NCBI GenBank assembly: GCA_021824285.1
Contig: JAKAKZ010000005.1
Span: 1-55,134 of the forward strand
DNA length: 55,134 nt
Direction: 5' to 3'
DNA from: a bacterium
GTDB taxonomy: Bacteria > Patescibacteriota > Patescibacteriia > SG8-24
Within the stretch, counting starts at the first letter, position 1, and each line of letters starts with the position of its first letter. Made by a program: the position numbers and the translations under genes. The notes beneath the pieces are model-generated. The model was not told the DNA's origin. It ran no database searches and worked only from the letters and a program-made list of their open reading frames with translations. Of the stretch, positions 7,149 through 15,072 are shown one piece after another.

Positions 7149-8528
7149 ATGAGCCGGAACAGGAACAACCAGAGTTTCCGGAAGAACGGCGGCGGACATC
7201 CGTCCGCCGCCTTCTTCTGGCCGGTCTGGCTGCTGGGCCTCGCCGTCGCCGCCGGTCTTTGGGGCCTCAACCTCGCGCCCCGCGATCGCCTGCTCGCCGC
7301 CGTACCGCGCGCCGCGTTCGCCTACGTCCACGGCAACTTCGATACCCTGCCGAACGGCATGATCATGGACATCCCGCAGTCGCTTCGGCCGAACGAAGTC
7401 GGTATCTTCTGGATCTACCGCGATGACACGGCCGCCGAACGCTCCCTGCTGCTGCGTTGGAACTTCGGTCCCACGGTTCCGGAACGGCAAGTCCTTGAAA
7501 AACTCGGCGCGACCAATGTGGATGGGCGCATCTATGCCTTCACGCCGTCGGAAGCCGCTGTCCAGGACATCCGCAACGCGCGCTGGGGCGAGGCCAGCCT
7601 GTCCACCGAACCAACCGTCCGCCGCGCCCTAGCCTATGCCGGAGCGCTGATGCCGGCGCAGGCCTATGTGGAGCCGCTCGCCATTTTGCATGCGCCGCCA
7701 GCCGTAGCCGCACTGCTCGCCAAGGCCCCGCCGACTGTCCTCGGACTCGATATCAGGCAGGGGTTACGCGCCTTCAGCCTGCCGGCCGCCACTGCGGCCA
7801 AAATTCCGGCGGCGCTTGCCCAACTGCCGATGCCAAGCACGGGCGGACATTATCGGAGCAACATTCCGGCGGCTCCAGCGGACGCCTCTTTTGTGGTGCG
7901 TCTGCCTGAAGAAACCATTGATCCGCTCACCTTCATCGTCGGCACACTGGACGGCGGCGGCGCCGACGTCTCCCTTCTGTCCAAGCAGGCCCTTCAGGCC
8001 GCTGTGCGTGGCTCCTTTAGCGCCTCTTTAGCCATCAAAAACGAAAACATCAGCAGCTATTATGCTTTTTTCCCGGGCACCTCAGCCAAGGACCTGACCG
8101 AGCGGATTACCGGCTATCTGGCAATACGCTATCCGACAAAAAAGACTACCAGGCTACCCGATGGCGCCTCATATACCGAGCTGATTGCCAATCGGGAGGG
8201 GTTCAAGTTCCGCCAATTTCCTGATGGCCGTTACGTCATCTCCATACCGCAAAAAAACACGGTTTTGACTGTCCTGCCACAGGAGAACGGCACGGCCGTC
8301 ACAAATAGTCGTGAAGTAACGGGATCTTTGACACCGAACACCACTGACCGAAGCCTGTGCCAAGCTTATTCCAACGAATTTGGCCTTAATTACATGAAGA
8401 CAGACATTAGCGGTGGAAAAATGGGCCTCATGACTTGGATGCCGCAGATAAGTTCAATAGAGGCTGTAGAACTTGTGGATAATTTCATCTATTTTTGTGG
8501 ATATTCTAGGGATAATGTGGATAAGTGA
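7149..8528 (+). CDS. hypothetical N-terminally membrane-anchored protein (459 aa)
   Basis: ATG lies 8 nt after the pnp stop. One TM segment (FFWPVWLLGLAVAAGLWGL) is followed by a large extracytoplasmic part. The 3' third is visibly AT-richer. Confidence 0.7.
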   Translation: MSRNRNNQSFRKNGGGHPSAAFFWPVWLLGLAVAAGLWGLNLAPRDRLLAAVPRAAFAYVHGNFDTLPNGMIMDIPQSLRPNEVGIFWIYRDDTAAERSLLLRWNFGPTVPERQVLEKLGATNVDGRIYAFTPSEAAVQDIRNARWGEASLSTEPTVRRALAYAGALMPAQAYVEPLAILHAPPAVAALLAKAPPTVLGLDIRQGLRAFSLPAATAAKIPAALAQLPMPSTGGHYRSNIPAAPADASFVVRLPEETIDPLTFIVGTLDGGGADVSLLSKQALQAAVRGSFSASLAIKNENISSYYAFFPGTSAKDLTERITGYLAIRYPTKKTTRLPDGASYTELIANREGFKFRQFPDGRYVISIPQKNTVLTVLPQENGTAVTNSREVTGSLTPNTTDRSLCQAYSNEFGLNYMKTDISGGKMGLMTWMPQISSIEAVELVDNFIYFCGYSRDNVDK

Positions 8529-8576
8529 GTGCATTTTTGCACAGGTGAATATTGAAAAGTTGTGCACAAAGCATGG

Positions 8577-8604
8577 CAGCCGACTTCCACAGCGGCTGTT
8601 TTTT
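8577..8604 (+). terminator. intrinsic terminator
   Basis: CAGCCG-N10-CGGCTG followed by T6. Confidence 0.7.
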
Positions 8605-8641
8605 AGCTCCATTAAGCTGATTTGACCGGTGCATAAGCTCT

Positions 8642-8670
8642 TTGACCGTGATGAATAAAAATGGTATACT
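8642..8670 (+). promoter_or_regulatory. strong sigma70 promoter with extended -10 and no downstream ORF
   Basis: TTGACC (8642-8647), 17 nt ending in TGG, TATACT (8665-8670). Confidence 0.55.
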
Positions 8671-8676
8671 CTATTT

Positions 8677-8790
8677 GTAGTGGTGAAGATCATTACAACC
8701 TACAGGGGACATCGTCCCGAACCTATCGGGGCTATTCCCTTCTCCTGTACTGGAACCGAGCCAGCCTGAAAAAACAAAAAACAAAATTTT
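8677..8790 (+). ncRNA. candidate small RNA (unclassified)
   Basis: It lies downstream of the orphan promoter. Nested helices are TGTAG/CTACA, ACAGG..CCTGT enclosing GGGAC-ATC-GTCCC, and CCCGA-ACCTA-TCGGG. There is no ORF with an RBS. Confidence 0.3.
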
Positions 8791-9014
8791 CAAAAAGGCG
8801 CGGTACCCCCTCGCTTCCCCTTGAGGGGTCAACTACCACGGTCCGGTAAAGGAGTCTTCGTTCTTTTACCCCGCCGTATGTCTGCTCACTAGGGCGCGCC
8901 TTGCGCCTTATCGGGCGCATACACCTTGGGGTCTTTCGGCGCAAGTGAGCCAATGTTGTCAAACCGACACATCGGGCAAAACTTCTTGCGCCGATTTCTT
9001 TTTGCCAAAATATC

Positions 9015-9043
9015 TTGACTGGACGCATAATTAAGGCTAAAAT
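9015..9043 (+). promoter_or_regulatory. sigma70-type promoter of the phosphatase gene
   Basis: TTGACT, 17 nt, TAAAAT. Confidence 0.6.
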
Positions 9044-9075
9044 CGGCGCAGATCATTAACAGACTGGAGACGAAA

Positions 9076-9804
9076 ATGAGGCTTGAAAGGCCGCCGGCCG
9101 AGCTGAAACTCATCCGCCACGGGCAGTCTATCCGCAACGTCGCGCTGTTCGGCATGGTGCACTACGCCACCGAGGAGCAACGTGCGGTACTGAAGGGCAC
9201 GCCAGACCAACTGGTCGCACTGACCGACGAGGGTCTGCGCCAGGCCAAGGAGACCGGCCTAGTCCTCGCCCAACGCGAGGTGCGGGAACCGCATGTCATC
9301 ATCCATTCCGGCTACCGACGCACCCAACAGACGGCCGAACATATCCTGGCGGCCTATCCGGAGAAGGTCCGGGAGGGTATCCGCTTCGAGATGTGCGACC
9401 TGGTCCGCGAACGGATGCCTGGGTTTGACTACGAGATGACCGAGGCCGAGTACCGCGCCGCCTTCCCCTACCACAGCGACTACTGGAAGACATGGGGCGG
9501 GTTCCTGGGGCGGCCACCCGGTGGCGAAAGCATCGCCGACGTGGCCATCCGGGTCCGGCTGTTTCTCGAGACCGTACTGCCGAAATACAGCGGCCAAACG
9601 GTCTACGTGGTCACCCACGGCGGCACGATGCGGGCCTTCCGCTTCCTGCTTGAGGACTGGTCCTATGAAGACGCCAGGTCTTGGAGGGTCAAATCTGATG
9701 GCCCGCCGTCCAACTGCGGCATCTCCACCTACAACTGGACCGCCGACGGCAAGATCTACCGCCAGACGCACGACGAGGTGCTCTGGAAGCCAAACGGTGC
9801 TTAG
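9076..9804 (+). CDS. histidine phosphatase family protein (phosphoglycerate mutase-like)
   Basis: LIRHGQS (RHG motif) and VVTHGGTMR. Confidence 0.85.
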   Translation: MRLERPPAELKLIRHGQSIRNVALFGMVHYATEEQRAVLKGTPDQLVALTDEGLRQAKETGLVLAQREVREPHVIIHSGYRRTQQTAEHILAAYPEKVREGIRFEMCDLVRERMPGFDYEMTEAEYRAAFPYHSDYWKTWGGFLGRPPGGESIADVAIRVRLFLETVLPKYSGQTVYVVTHGGTMRAFRFLLEDWSYEDARSWRVKSDGPPSNCGISTYNWTADGKIYRQTHDEVLWKPNGA

Positions 9805-9826
9805 GACCCCTACGGGGGTCTTTTTT
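9805..9826 (+). terminator. intrinsic terminator
   Basis: GACCCC-TACG-GGGGTC followed by T6. Confidence 0.8.
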
Positions 9827-9918
9827 AGATGCGGAGAGGCGAAGTTGCGAAGATGCGGAAAAAACACCGAATCGATGCCCGACCTTCGCCGCTCCGCATC
9901 TCCGGTACTTCGCGTCTC
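9827..9918. repeat. degenerate word inverted repeat (GATGCGGAG flavour)
   Basis: AGATGCGGAGAGGCGAAGTTGCGAAGATGCGGAA ... CCTTCGCCGCTCCGCATCTCCGGTACTTCGCGTCTC. Confidence 0.75.
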
Positions 9919-10014
9919 TACAACTGACCAGCGACATTTGCCAAAAAACGCAATTGTGGCTATCCTCAAATCCCGGGGGAATACCCCGCGATTCGTTATC
10001 CCGCAACCCAGGTT

Positions 10015-10386
10015 ATGAAGAAAGAACTGCTCAAAGAGCTGGAAAAACAGCTGCTGGCCGAAAAGGAGCGCCTGACCAAGGAGCTTTCCGAGTTCGCCAA
10101 GCGCAATCCGAAAAATATCGAGGACTGGAATGCCGAATTCCAGAATATCGGCGACAAGGAGGACGAGAACGCCGAGGAAGTCAACGCCTTCAGCACCAAC
10201 CTGACGCTGGAGCGCACCCTCGAGGCGACGCTGCGCGACGCCGAGAAAGCGCTCGACAAGATCAAAAAAGGCACCTACGGCATCTGCAAGTACTGCAACA
10301 AGGAAATCGATGAGAAGCGCCTGCGCGCGCGGCCGTCTTCCGGATCATGCGTCGAGTGCAAGAAGAAATTCACCCAGGAACTCTGA
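10015..10386 (+). CDS. DksA/TraR-family C4 zinc-finger protein
   Basis: Coiled-coil N-terminus followed by CKYCNKEI...CVECK. Confidence 0.85.
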   Translation: MKKELLKELEKQLLAEKERLTKELSEFAKRNPKNIEDWNAEFQNIGDKEDENAEEVNAFSTNLTLERTLEATLRDAEKALDKIKKGTYGICKYCNKEIDEKRLRARPSSGSCVECKKKFTQEL

Positions 10387-10400
10387 CGGACGACGGTGGT

Positions 10401-10943
10401 ATGGCGCTTGTGCCGTCAATTGGACTTGGCCAGACAGAACCCCGGGCAGCAGCTCGGGGTTTTGGCGTTCAAGCGGCGTCCTGGCCCGCGCTCATCGCGC
10501 TGGCGCTCACGGACCGGCTGCTGAAGTTTCTGGCCTTGCGGGGCATTACCGCAACGCTCATCTACGGGCACGTACTCGACTTCCGCCTATTCGCGAACCG
10601 CGGTATCGCCTTCAGCCTACCGTTCGCCGGAGTTTCCTACTGGCTTTTGGCCGGACCGCTCCTGCTCCTCGTCGGCTACGGGCTGCTTTATGCCTGTCGA
10701 CGGCGTGATGCGGCCGAGACTTATGCGTTTGCGGCGGTGCTCGTGGGAGCGCTCTCCAATGCCTATGACCGCGTGCTGCACGGCTTTGTGACCGACTACC
10801 TGATGTTTTTCGGGCGGTCGGCCGTGAACATCGCGGACGGACTGATCGTGGGCGGACTCGTGGCGGTTTTCCTGATGGAACAAAAAAAGAAAGCGCGCCC
10901 CGGAGATGGGGCGCGCGGAGAGACTGGCGGTCAGCTGCGGTAG
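10401..10943 (+). CDS. lspA: lipoprotein signal peptidase II
   Basis: NRGIAFS, NAYDR, VTDYL and NIADG motifs. The start was chosen at the ATG after the dksA-like stop; the ORF is open from 10347. Confidence 0.85.
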   Translation: MALVPSIGLGQTEPRAAARGFGVQAASWPALIALALTDRLLKFLALRGITATLIYGHVLDFRLFANRGIAFSLPFAGVSYWLLAGPLLLLVGYGLLYACRRRDAAETYAFAAVLVGALSNAYDRVLHGFVTDYLMFFGRSAVNIADGLIVGGLVAVFLMEQKKKARPGDGARGETGGQLR

Positions 10944-11260
10944 TTTTTCCGCGGCTGGCCGGGCGAGCCGGTGAACAGCAGCATGGGATTGTTTCCGAAG
11001 CCGTCCTGGTTTCCGGCCTTCAGGCGGTGCAGCTCGCCGCGGAGCTCGGCGACCTCGATCTGGCCGCGCTCGGCGACCAGCTTGAGGTCGGCGGCGGCGA
11101 TGCCCAGGAACATCCCGACGCAGGCGAAGGCCAGACCGATAATCATGAGCAGCGGGTCGTGGCGGTGGTAGCCGAGGCCGACCAAGGTCAGAATCAGCCC
11201 AGCGGCCATCAGGTGGACGACAAGGAGCACCTTGCCGATGTACTTGGGATCAGGGTTCAT
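10931..11260 (-). CDS. hypothetical membrane protein (109 aa)
   Basis: Two TM helices and a C-terminal coiled segment. Its 3' end overlaps the lspA 3' end by 13 nt (convergent). Confidence 0.55.
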   Translation of the reverse strand: MNPDPKYIGKVLLVVHLMAAGLILTLVGLGYHRHDPLLMIIGLAFACVGMFLGIAAADLKLVAERGQIEVAELRGELHRLKAGNQDGFGNNPMLLFTGSPGQPRKNYRS

Positions 11261-11390
11261 TTTTCCTCCAAAGAGCGGTTTTGAGCCGAACTGTGGCTAA
11301 TATTAGCAGAAAATAGCGTCTTTGTCAAGGTTGGCACCAGCCGGAGCGCTGCCACGCCGATCTCCGCCGCCAGCTATCAGAAAACCATCG

Positions 11391-12710
11391 TCATACCGCC
11401 CCGCCGGGCATGACCGGCAACCGCAAATGTCGCCGTCTGGTCTCGCCCTTAAGCCGGCCCAGCTTGCGTTGCGGCACATTGCCGCGATCCAGGATGTGCT
11501 GTGGGGTGCCGTGCGCCGCCGCGGCCGCAGCGGAGAAGACGCAGTGCTTGCCCATCGTGGCGGCGAGCTGGTCCATGGCGGCGTAGAGCTTTTCCATCTT
11601 CCGCATCTCTGCCGGCGGCTCGAAGATGGAGAGCTGGACGGCATCCTGCGGCACGAGTCCGGTGAGCACGACACCCGTGGCGCGGTACTCGGTGCGTGGG
11701 CGGTAGACAGAACCGAACAGCTGGCGGAGCGTGGCGGTCAGCTCCATGGGAAAAGCGGTGGCGCGGTCGAGCGCGGTCTCCGTGACGTCATGCCGGAAGT
11801 CCTGGCGGCGGAGATAGACGACGAGGCCGCGTGCGGCGAGATGGTGGCGCCGAGCCTTGATGCAGGCGTTCTCCAGGTTCTTGAGCAGTTGGGCGAAGAC
11901 GAACTCGCGGTCCGTTGAGGGCGGCGTGAAGGTGCGGGACTTGCCGATGGAGTTATAGGTGTCCTTAAGTTCGGTCTCGAGCGGGAAAGTCGGCAGGCCG
12001 TTCAGCTCGCGCCAAGTCTCCCATTGCGGCCGCGCGAAATGGCACCGGATGAATTTCTCGTCCTGGGCGGCGAAGTCCTGCGCGGTGGCGAGTCCGAGCC
12101 CGATGCAGCGGTGCGCGGTCGCCGGCCCGAGGCCCCAGACCTTGCCGACCGGCAAGGCAGAAAGAAATTTCGATATGCCTTCACGTGGAATTACCGTCAG
12201 GCCCGACGGCTTCTTCCACTTGGAACCGACCTTGGCGAGCGTCTTCGTGCAGCTCAGGCCGGCGGAAACGGTGATGCCAAGTTCGCTTTCGATGGCGCGC
12301 TTCATCCGCCGGACGATCTCCTCGTAGGAGCACCCCATCGGCCGGTCGAGACCCGTGATATCGCAAAAGCCCTCATCGATGGAATACTCCTCGACCTCGG
12401 AGGTGAAGCGGCGCATGATCTCGAACATCCGCTTGGAGAACAGCGAATAAGTCTCGTAGTCCGAAGGCACGATGATGGCGTCCGGGATGATCTTCTTTAC
12501 GTCCCAGAGTGGCGTACCGCGGGAGACGCCGCGCGCCTTGGCCTCGTAGCTCGCCGCAGAGACGATGCCGCGCTCCTTGCCGGTGATGACCGCGCGACCG
12601 CGCCACTCCGGATGCGTGGCCTGCTCGCAGGACGCGAAAAACGCGTCGCCGTCGATGTGGACGATGGCGCGTGGCGCGGCGCCGCCGGATGCGTCAGTCA
12701 TGCCTAACAT
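11391..12710 (-). CDS. Y-family DNA polymerase (UmuC/DinB-like)
   Basis: VHIDGDAFFASCEQ ... SIDEGFCDITG. The start is set at MLGMTD (12710), because the upstream ORF extension to 12956 overlaps the divergent gene. Confidence 0.85.
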   Translation of the reverse strand: MLGMTDASGGAAPRAIVHIDGDAFFASCEQATHPEWRGRAVITGKERGIVSAASYEAKARGVSRGTPLWDVKKIIPDAIIVPSDYETYSLFSKRMFEIMRRFTSEVEEYSIDEGFCDITGLDRPMGCSYEEIVRRMKRAIESELGITVSAGLSCTKTLAKVGSKWKKPSGLTVIPREGISKFLSALPVGKVWGLGPATAHRCIGLGLATAQDFAAQDEKFIRCHFARPQWETWRELNGLPTFPLETELKDTYNSIGKSRTFTPPSTDREFVFAQLLKNLENACIKARRHHLAARGLVVYLRRQDFRHDVTETALDRATAFPMELTATLRQLFGSVYRPRTEYRATGVVLTGLVPQDAVQLSIFEPPAEMRKMEKLYAAMDQLAATMGKHCVFSAAAAAAHGTPQHILDRGNVPQRKLGRLKGETRRRHLRLPVMPGGAV

Positions 12711-12782
12711 GAAATTATTGACAATAATAATCGGCCTGTTAGAGTTGCAACGTTCTTTGCGCCGCGCCGAAAGGAGCAGCAG

Positions 12783-13046
12783 ATGGCGGAAACCATCAGT
12801 CCAGGACGTCCAACGAAGCGGGGCGGCTGGTCCAAAGCCGCTCTCTGCAACAAGTGCGGGGCCGTCGTCCGCCTCTTCCTGAAGGACCTCATCAAGCAGA
12901 GCACCGGCCGGATGGATTGTTCCTTCTTCGTGCTCTACGTCTGCCCCTGCTGCCAAAGCCGGGAGACGCTGGCGCGGGTGCCGCCGCTGAACCCGGCCGA
13001 CCCCGAGGAATTCAGGAAACTGCTCGACGGCCGTCCGCTGCGCTGA
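12783..13046 (+). CDS. small zinc-ribbon protein (CxxC...CPCC), hypothetical
   Basis: AAAGGAG lies 7 nt upstream of the ATG. Motifs CNKCG and CPCC are present, and a terminator follows at 13062-13084. Confidence 0.55.
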   Translation: MAETISPGRPTKRGGWSKAALCNKCGAVVRLFLKDLIKQSTGRMDCSFFVLYVCPCCQSRETLARVPPLNPADPEEFRKLLDGRPLR

Positions 13047-13061
13047 CGACTCGATATCCCA

Positions 13062-13084
13062 AACGCCCTTAACCGGCGTTTTTT
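13062..13084 (+). terminator. intrinsic terminator
   Basis: AACGCC-CTTAACC-GGCGTT followed by T5. Confidence 0.7.
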
Positions 13085-13127
13085 GTTTGCGTGCGCTGAC
13101 GGCGCGTGGCCGTTTCCCGAGGTCAGA

Positions 13128-13718
13128 TCATCGGGAGCCCGCCAGCTTGCGGATGACCGCCGTCACCACTCCCGCCACTCGCAGCTCCTCCTGGGCTTCG
13201 ATGGGCTTGAAGGCGCGGTTGGCTGGCTTCAGGACCACGCGGCTCCCCCGCTTCTCGAAATACTTGATGGTCCACTGGCGGTCGACCTCGGCCACGACGA
13301 TGTCGCCGTTCTTCGGCAGCTGGCCGCGGTTCAGAATGACCATGTCGCCGGGCAGGATGCCGGCGTCGATCATGGAGTTGCCGGAAACCTTGAGCATGAA
13401 GCTTGCGGCCGCGTTCGGCAGCAGCCACTCGTCGAGCGACATGGTATCGGCCATCTCCTCCTCGGCCGGCGACGGGAAGCCGGCCTCCACGGAGCCGAGC
13501 ACGCGCAGGCCGTGAAAGGACGGGCCGGGCAGGAGGCGGCCCTGACGGTCGCGGCCGACCACGCCGTCGGCGGACCAGCGGTCCATGAGGTATTTGGCGG
13601 CGTTCCGCGACCGGAAGCCGAACAGCTTGGCCATTTCCGCGAGACTCGGCATACGCCGCCGCTCGCGGTAAAAATCCTTGAGCGCAGCGAGGCGCCCGTC
13701 GGGTGCGGTCTTGGTCAT
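13128..13718 (-). CDS. lexA: LexA repressor (S24 peptidase)
   Basis: N-terminal winged HTH, a cleavage region, GNSM (Ser) and the K of the dyad in VAEVDRQWTIKYF. Confidence 0.92.
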   Translation of the reverse strand: MTKTAPDGRLAALKDFYRERRRMPSLAEMAKLFGFRSRNAAKYLMDRWSADGVVGRDRQGRLLPGPSFHGLRVLGSVEAGFPSPAEEEMADTMSLDEWLLPNAAASFMLKVSGNSMIDAGILPGDMVILNRGQLPKNGDIVVAEVDRQWTIKYFEKRGSRVVLKPANRAFKPIEAQEELRVAGVVTAVIRKLAGSR

Positions 13719-13739
13719 ATGAAGTCATTATAACCGTTA

Positions 13740-13755
13740 TTGTACGATTGTACAA
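13740..13755 (-). promoter_or_regulatory. candidate SOS (LexA) box overlapping the lexA promoter
   Basis: TTGTAC-GATT-GTACAA (6+4+6 inverted repeat). On the minus strand TTGTAC, 17 nt, TATAAT (13727-13732) forms the promoter. The ATG lies ~9 nt after the -10. Confidence 0.55.
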
Positions 13756-13802
13756 TAGATGCCGGGACGACAAAAAAACGCCCCCGGGGTGGGCGCAAGA
13801 CA

Positions 13803-14189
13803 CTACTTCGTTTTCTTCGCGCGACGGACGAGCTTGGCCCGGAGCGAGGGACGGCCCTCACGGACGAAAAGTCGCGCCCAATCGTCCGGCTGCCAGCCCT
13901 TCTGGGTCCAATGAATCCAGAGACCGAGCGCGCATGGCTGGCCGTGATCCGCGCCGGCGAAATGCGGCCGGTAGCCGATTTCGTAGTCCGGATGGACAAT
14001 GCCGTCGAAGAGCGGCGTCCGGCCATCCTCACCGTAGACCGTCAGCCGGTCGCCGGCTTCGATGATGACGAGGCCGTCGTAGCCGGACTTGCCGTCCTCG
14101 TGGAGTGACCAGATGAAACCCTCGGTGCCGGTCTCGAAGTAGCCATCGAGCTCACCATGATAAACGACCGTTTGCCTTTTCCTGGCCAT
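13803..14189 (-). CDS. hypothetical protein (128 aa) upstream of lexA
   Basis: ATG with GGAG 8 nt upstream (a TTG alternative lies at 14201). Soluble and beta-rich with a Lys/Arg tail. Confidence 0.55.
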   Translation of the reverse strand: MARKRQTVVYHGELDGYFETGTEGFIWSLHEDGKSGYDGLVIIEAGDRLTVYGEDGRTPLFDGIVHPDYEIGYRPHFAGADHGQPCALGLWIHWTQKGWQPDDWARLFVREGRPSLRAKLVRRAKKTK

Positions 14190-14242
14190 CTGCGGCTCCA
14201 ATCTGCCGATGAATGAGCGGTGCGGCTATTCTATATCGGGCG

Positions 14243-14326
14243 GTTGAAAGTTTCCACGCCACTCATCTTTAGTCAAAGAGGGCGGGGTCCCGCCAACGGC
14301 GGGAAAAGTTGAGAGTTGAAAGTTGG
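14243..14326. repeat. conserved GC-clamp/palindrome element, copy c, with flanking GTTGAAAGTT words
   Basis: The core at 14254-14304 is 46/51 identical to the copy at 38632-38682. Confidence 0.8.
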
Positions 14327-14413
14327 CACCGCTGCTTTTGGCTTCGGAGTCCGTCAGATGAGAAACCTTGTGGGCAATCCGGCAACGGGCTACCATCAGG
14401 CGCGGAGGTGGCC

Positions 14414-14917
14414 ATGGGAAAGACCATCGTCGTTCCTTCCTTCGAACCCGTCGTCGGACCGCTGATTTTCCTCGCTGGACCGATCCAGAGCGCGACGGAC
14501 TGGCAGGCCAGAGCCGATGCTCTCCTCCGGAGCTGGTCTGCGGACATCAACGTGGCGAACCCGCGTTCGCCGCCGCCGTGGCATGGCGACTACGACAGGC
14601 AGACCGCTTGGGAGCATCGCTACCTGGAGCGGGCCAGGACCTGCGGCTGCGTGCTGTTCTGGCTGGCCAAGGAGGACTCGCACGACTGCTCGCGCGCCTA
14701 CGCGCAGACCACGCGCTTCGAGCTGGGCTGGCACTTCTGGTGCCATGTGCGCGACGGGGCGCCGCTGGCCGTCGGCATCGAGCCGGGCTTCAGCAATGAG
14801 CGCTACATCCGACTCACGCTCGGCATGTATGCGCCAGACATCGCTGTCCGCTCAACGCTTGAGGAGACGTGCCTGGACGCCATTCGGCTGGCCTCGAAAA
14901 ACCGCCTGGACCCGTAA
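14414..14917 (+). CDS. nucleoside 2-deoxyribosyltransferase-like superfamily protein (tentative)
   Basis: GGAGG RBS. The N-terminal IFLAGPI motif and overall size fit the family; the call rests on weak motif-level evidence only. Confidence 0.4.
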   Translation: MGKTIVVPSFEPVVGPLIFLAGPIQSATDWQARADALLRSWSADINVANPRSPPPWHGDYDRQTAWEHRYLERARTCGCVLFWLAKEDSHDCSRAYAQTTRFELGWHFWCHVRDGAPLAVGIEPGFSNERYIRLTLGMYAPDIAVRSTLEETCLDAIRLASKNRLDP

Positions 14918-14930
14918 TGGGTCCTTTTTT
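14908..14930 (+). terminator. intrinsic terminator overlapping the stop codon
   Basis: GGACCC-GTAAT-GGGTCC followed by T6. Confidence 0.8.
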
Positions 14931-14932
14931 AA

Positions 14933-15010
14933 AGAGTGGAGTGGGGAGTTTGGAGTGTGAAGTCTTAGAACGATACTCGATACTCCACACTCCCCGCTCC
15001 ACACTCCCAC
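14933..15010. repeat. degenerate word inverted repeat (GGAGTGTGAAGT flavour)
   Basis: AGAGTGGAGTGGGGAGTTTGGAGTGTGAAGTC ... ACTCCACACTCCCCGCTCCACACTCCCAC. Confidence 0.75.
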
Positions 15011-15072
15011 TTGCGCCGATCCCGTGCCCCTGCTAAGACATGGCCGCTCTCCCGCAGACTATGTGATGTGAC

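Noticed and set aside
5447-7270. A 607-aa antisense ORF inside pnp. Similar long antisense ORFs lie at 34678-36867 (opposite the PBP gene), 19189-20520 (opposite hppA), 39261-40469 and 40980-41957 (opposite polA), 22214-23158 and 23103-24470 (opposite the ABC genes), and 51300-52103.
   Set aside because: These are GC-rich shadow frames opposite well-supported conserved genes. Their composition is Arg/Gly/Ala/Asp-dominated low-complexity sequence with no recognisable motifs.
8677-8960. SRP RNA, 5S rRNA or a riboswitch (ykkC-like GGTCCGG / CTAGGG strings) in the AT-rich island.
   Set aside because: Only short string resemblances were found. There is no GNRA-capped domain IV helix, no 5S loop C/E pattern, the order of ykkC-like elements is wrong, and no regulated gene follows.
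8732-9155. Minus-strand ORFs of 98 and 88 aa. A weak S18-like start (RRKKFC..RF) hinted at an rpsR pseudogene.
   Set aside because: The similarity stops after ~10 residues in all three frames. The 88-aa ORF overlaps the phosphatase start and its promoter. Only a 27-39-codon peptide could fit between the promoter and the terminator.
12711-12956. An N-terminal 82-aa extension of the Y-family polymerase ORF.
   Set aside because: The extension is non-homologous-looking and overlaps the divergent zinc-ribbon gene and its RBS. The conserved polymerase N-terminus (VHIDGDAFFASCE) begins right after the ATG at 12710/12701, which is preceded by a promoter-like TTGCAA/TATTAT.
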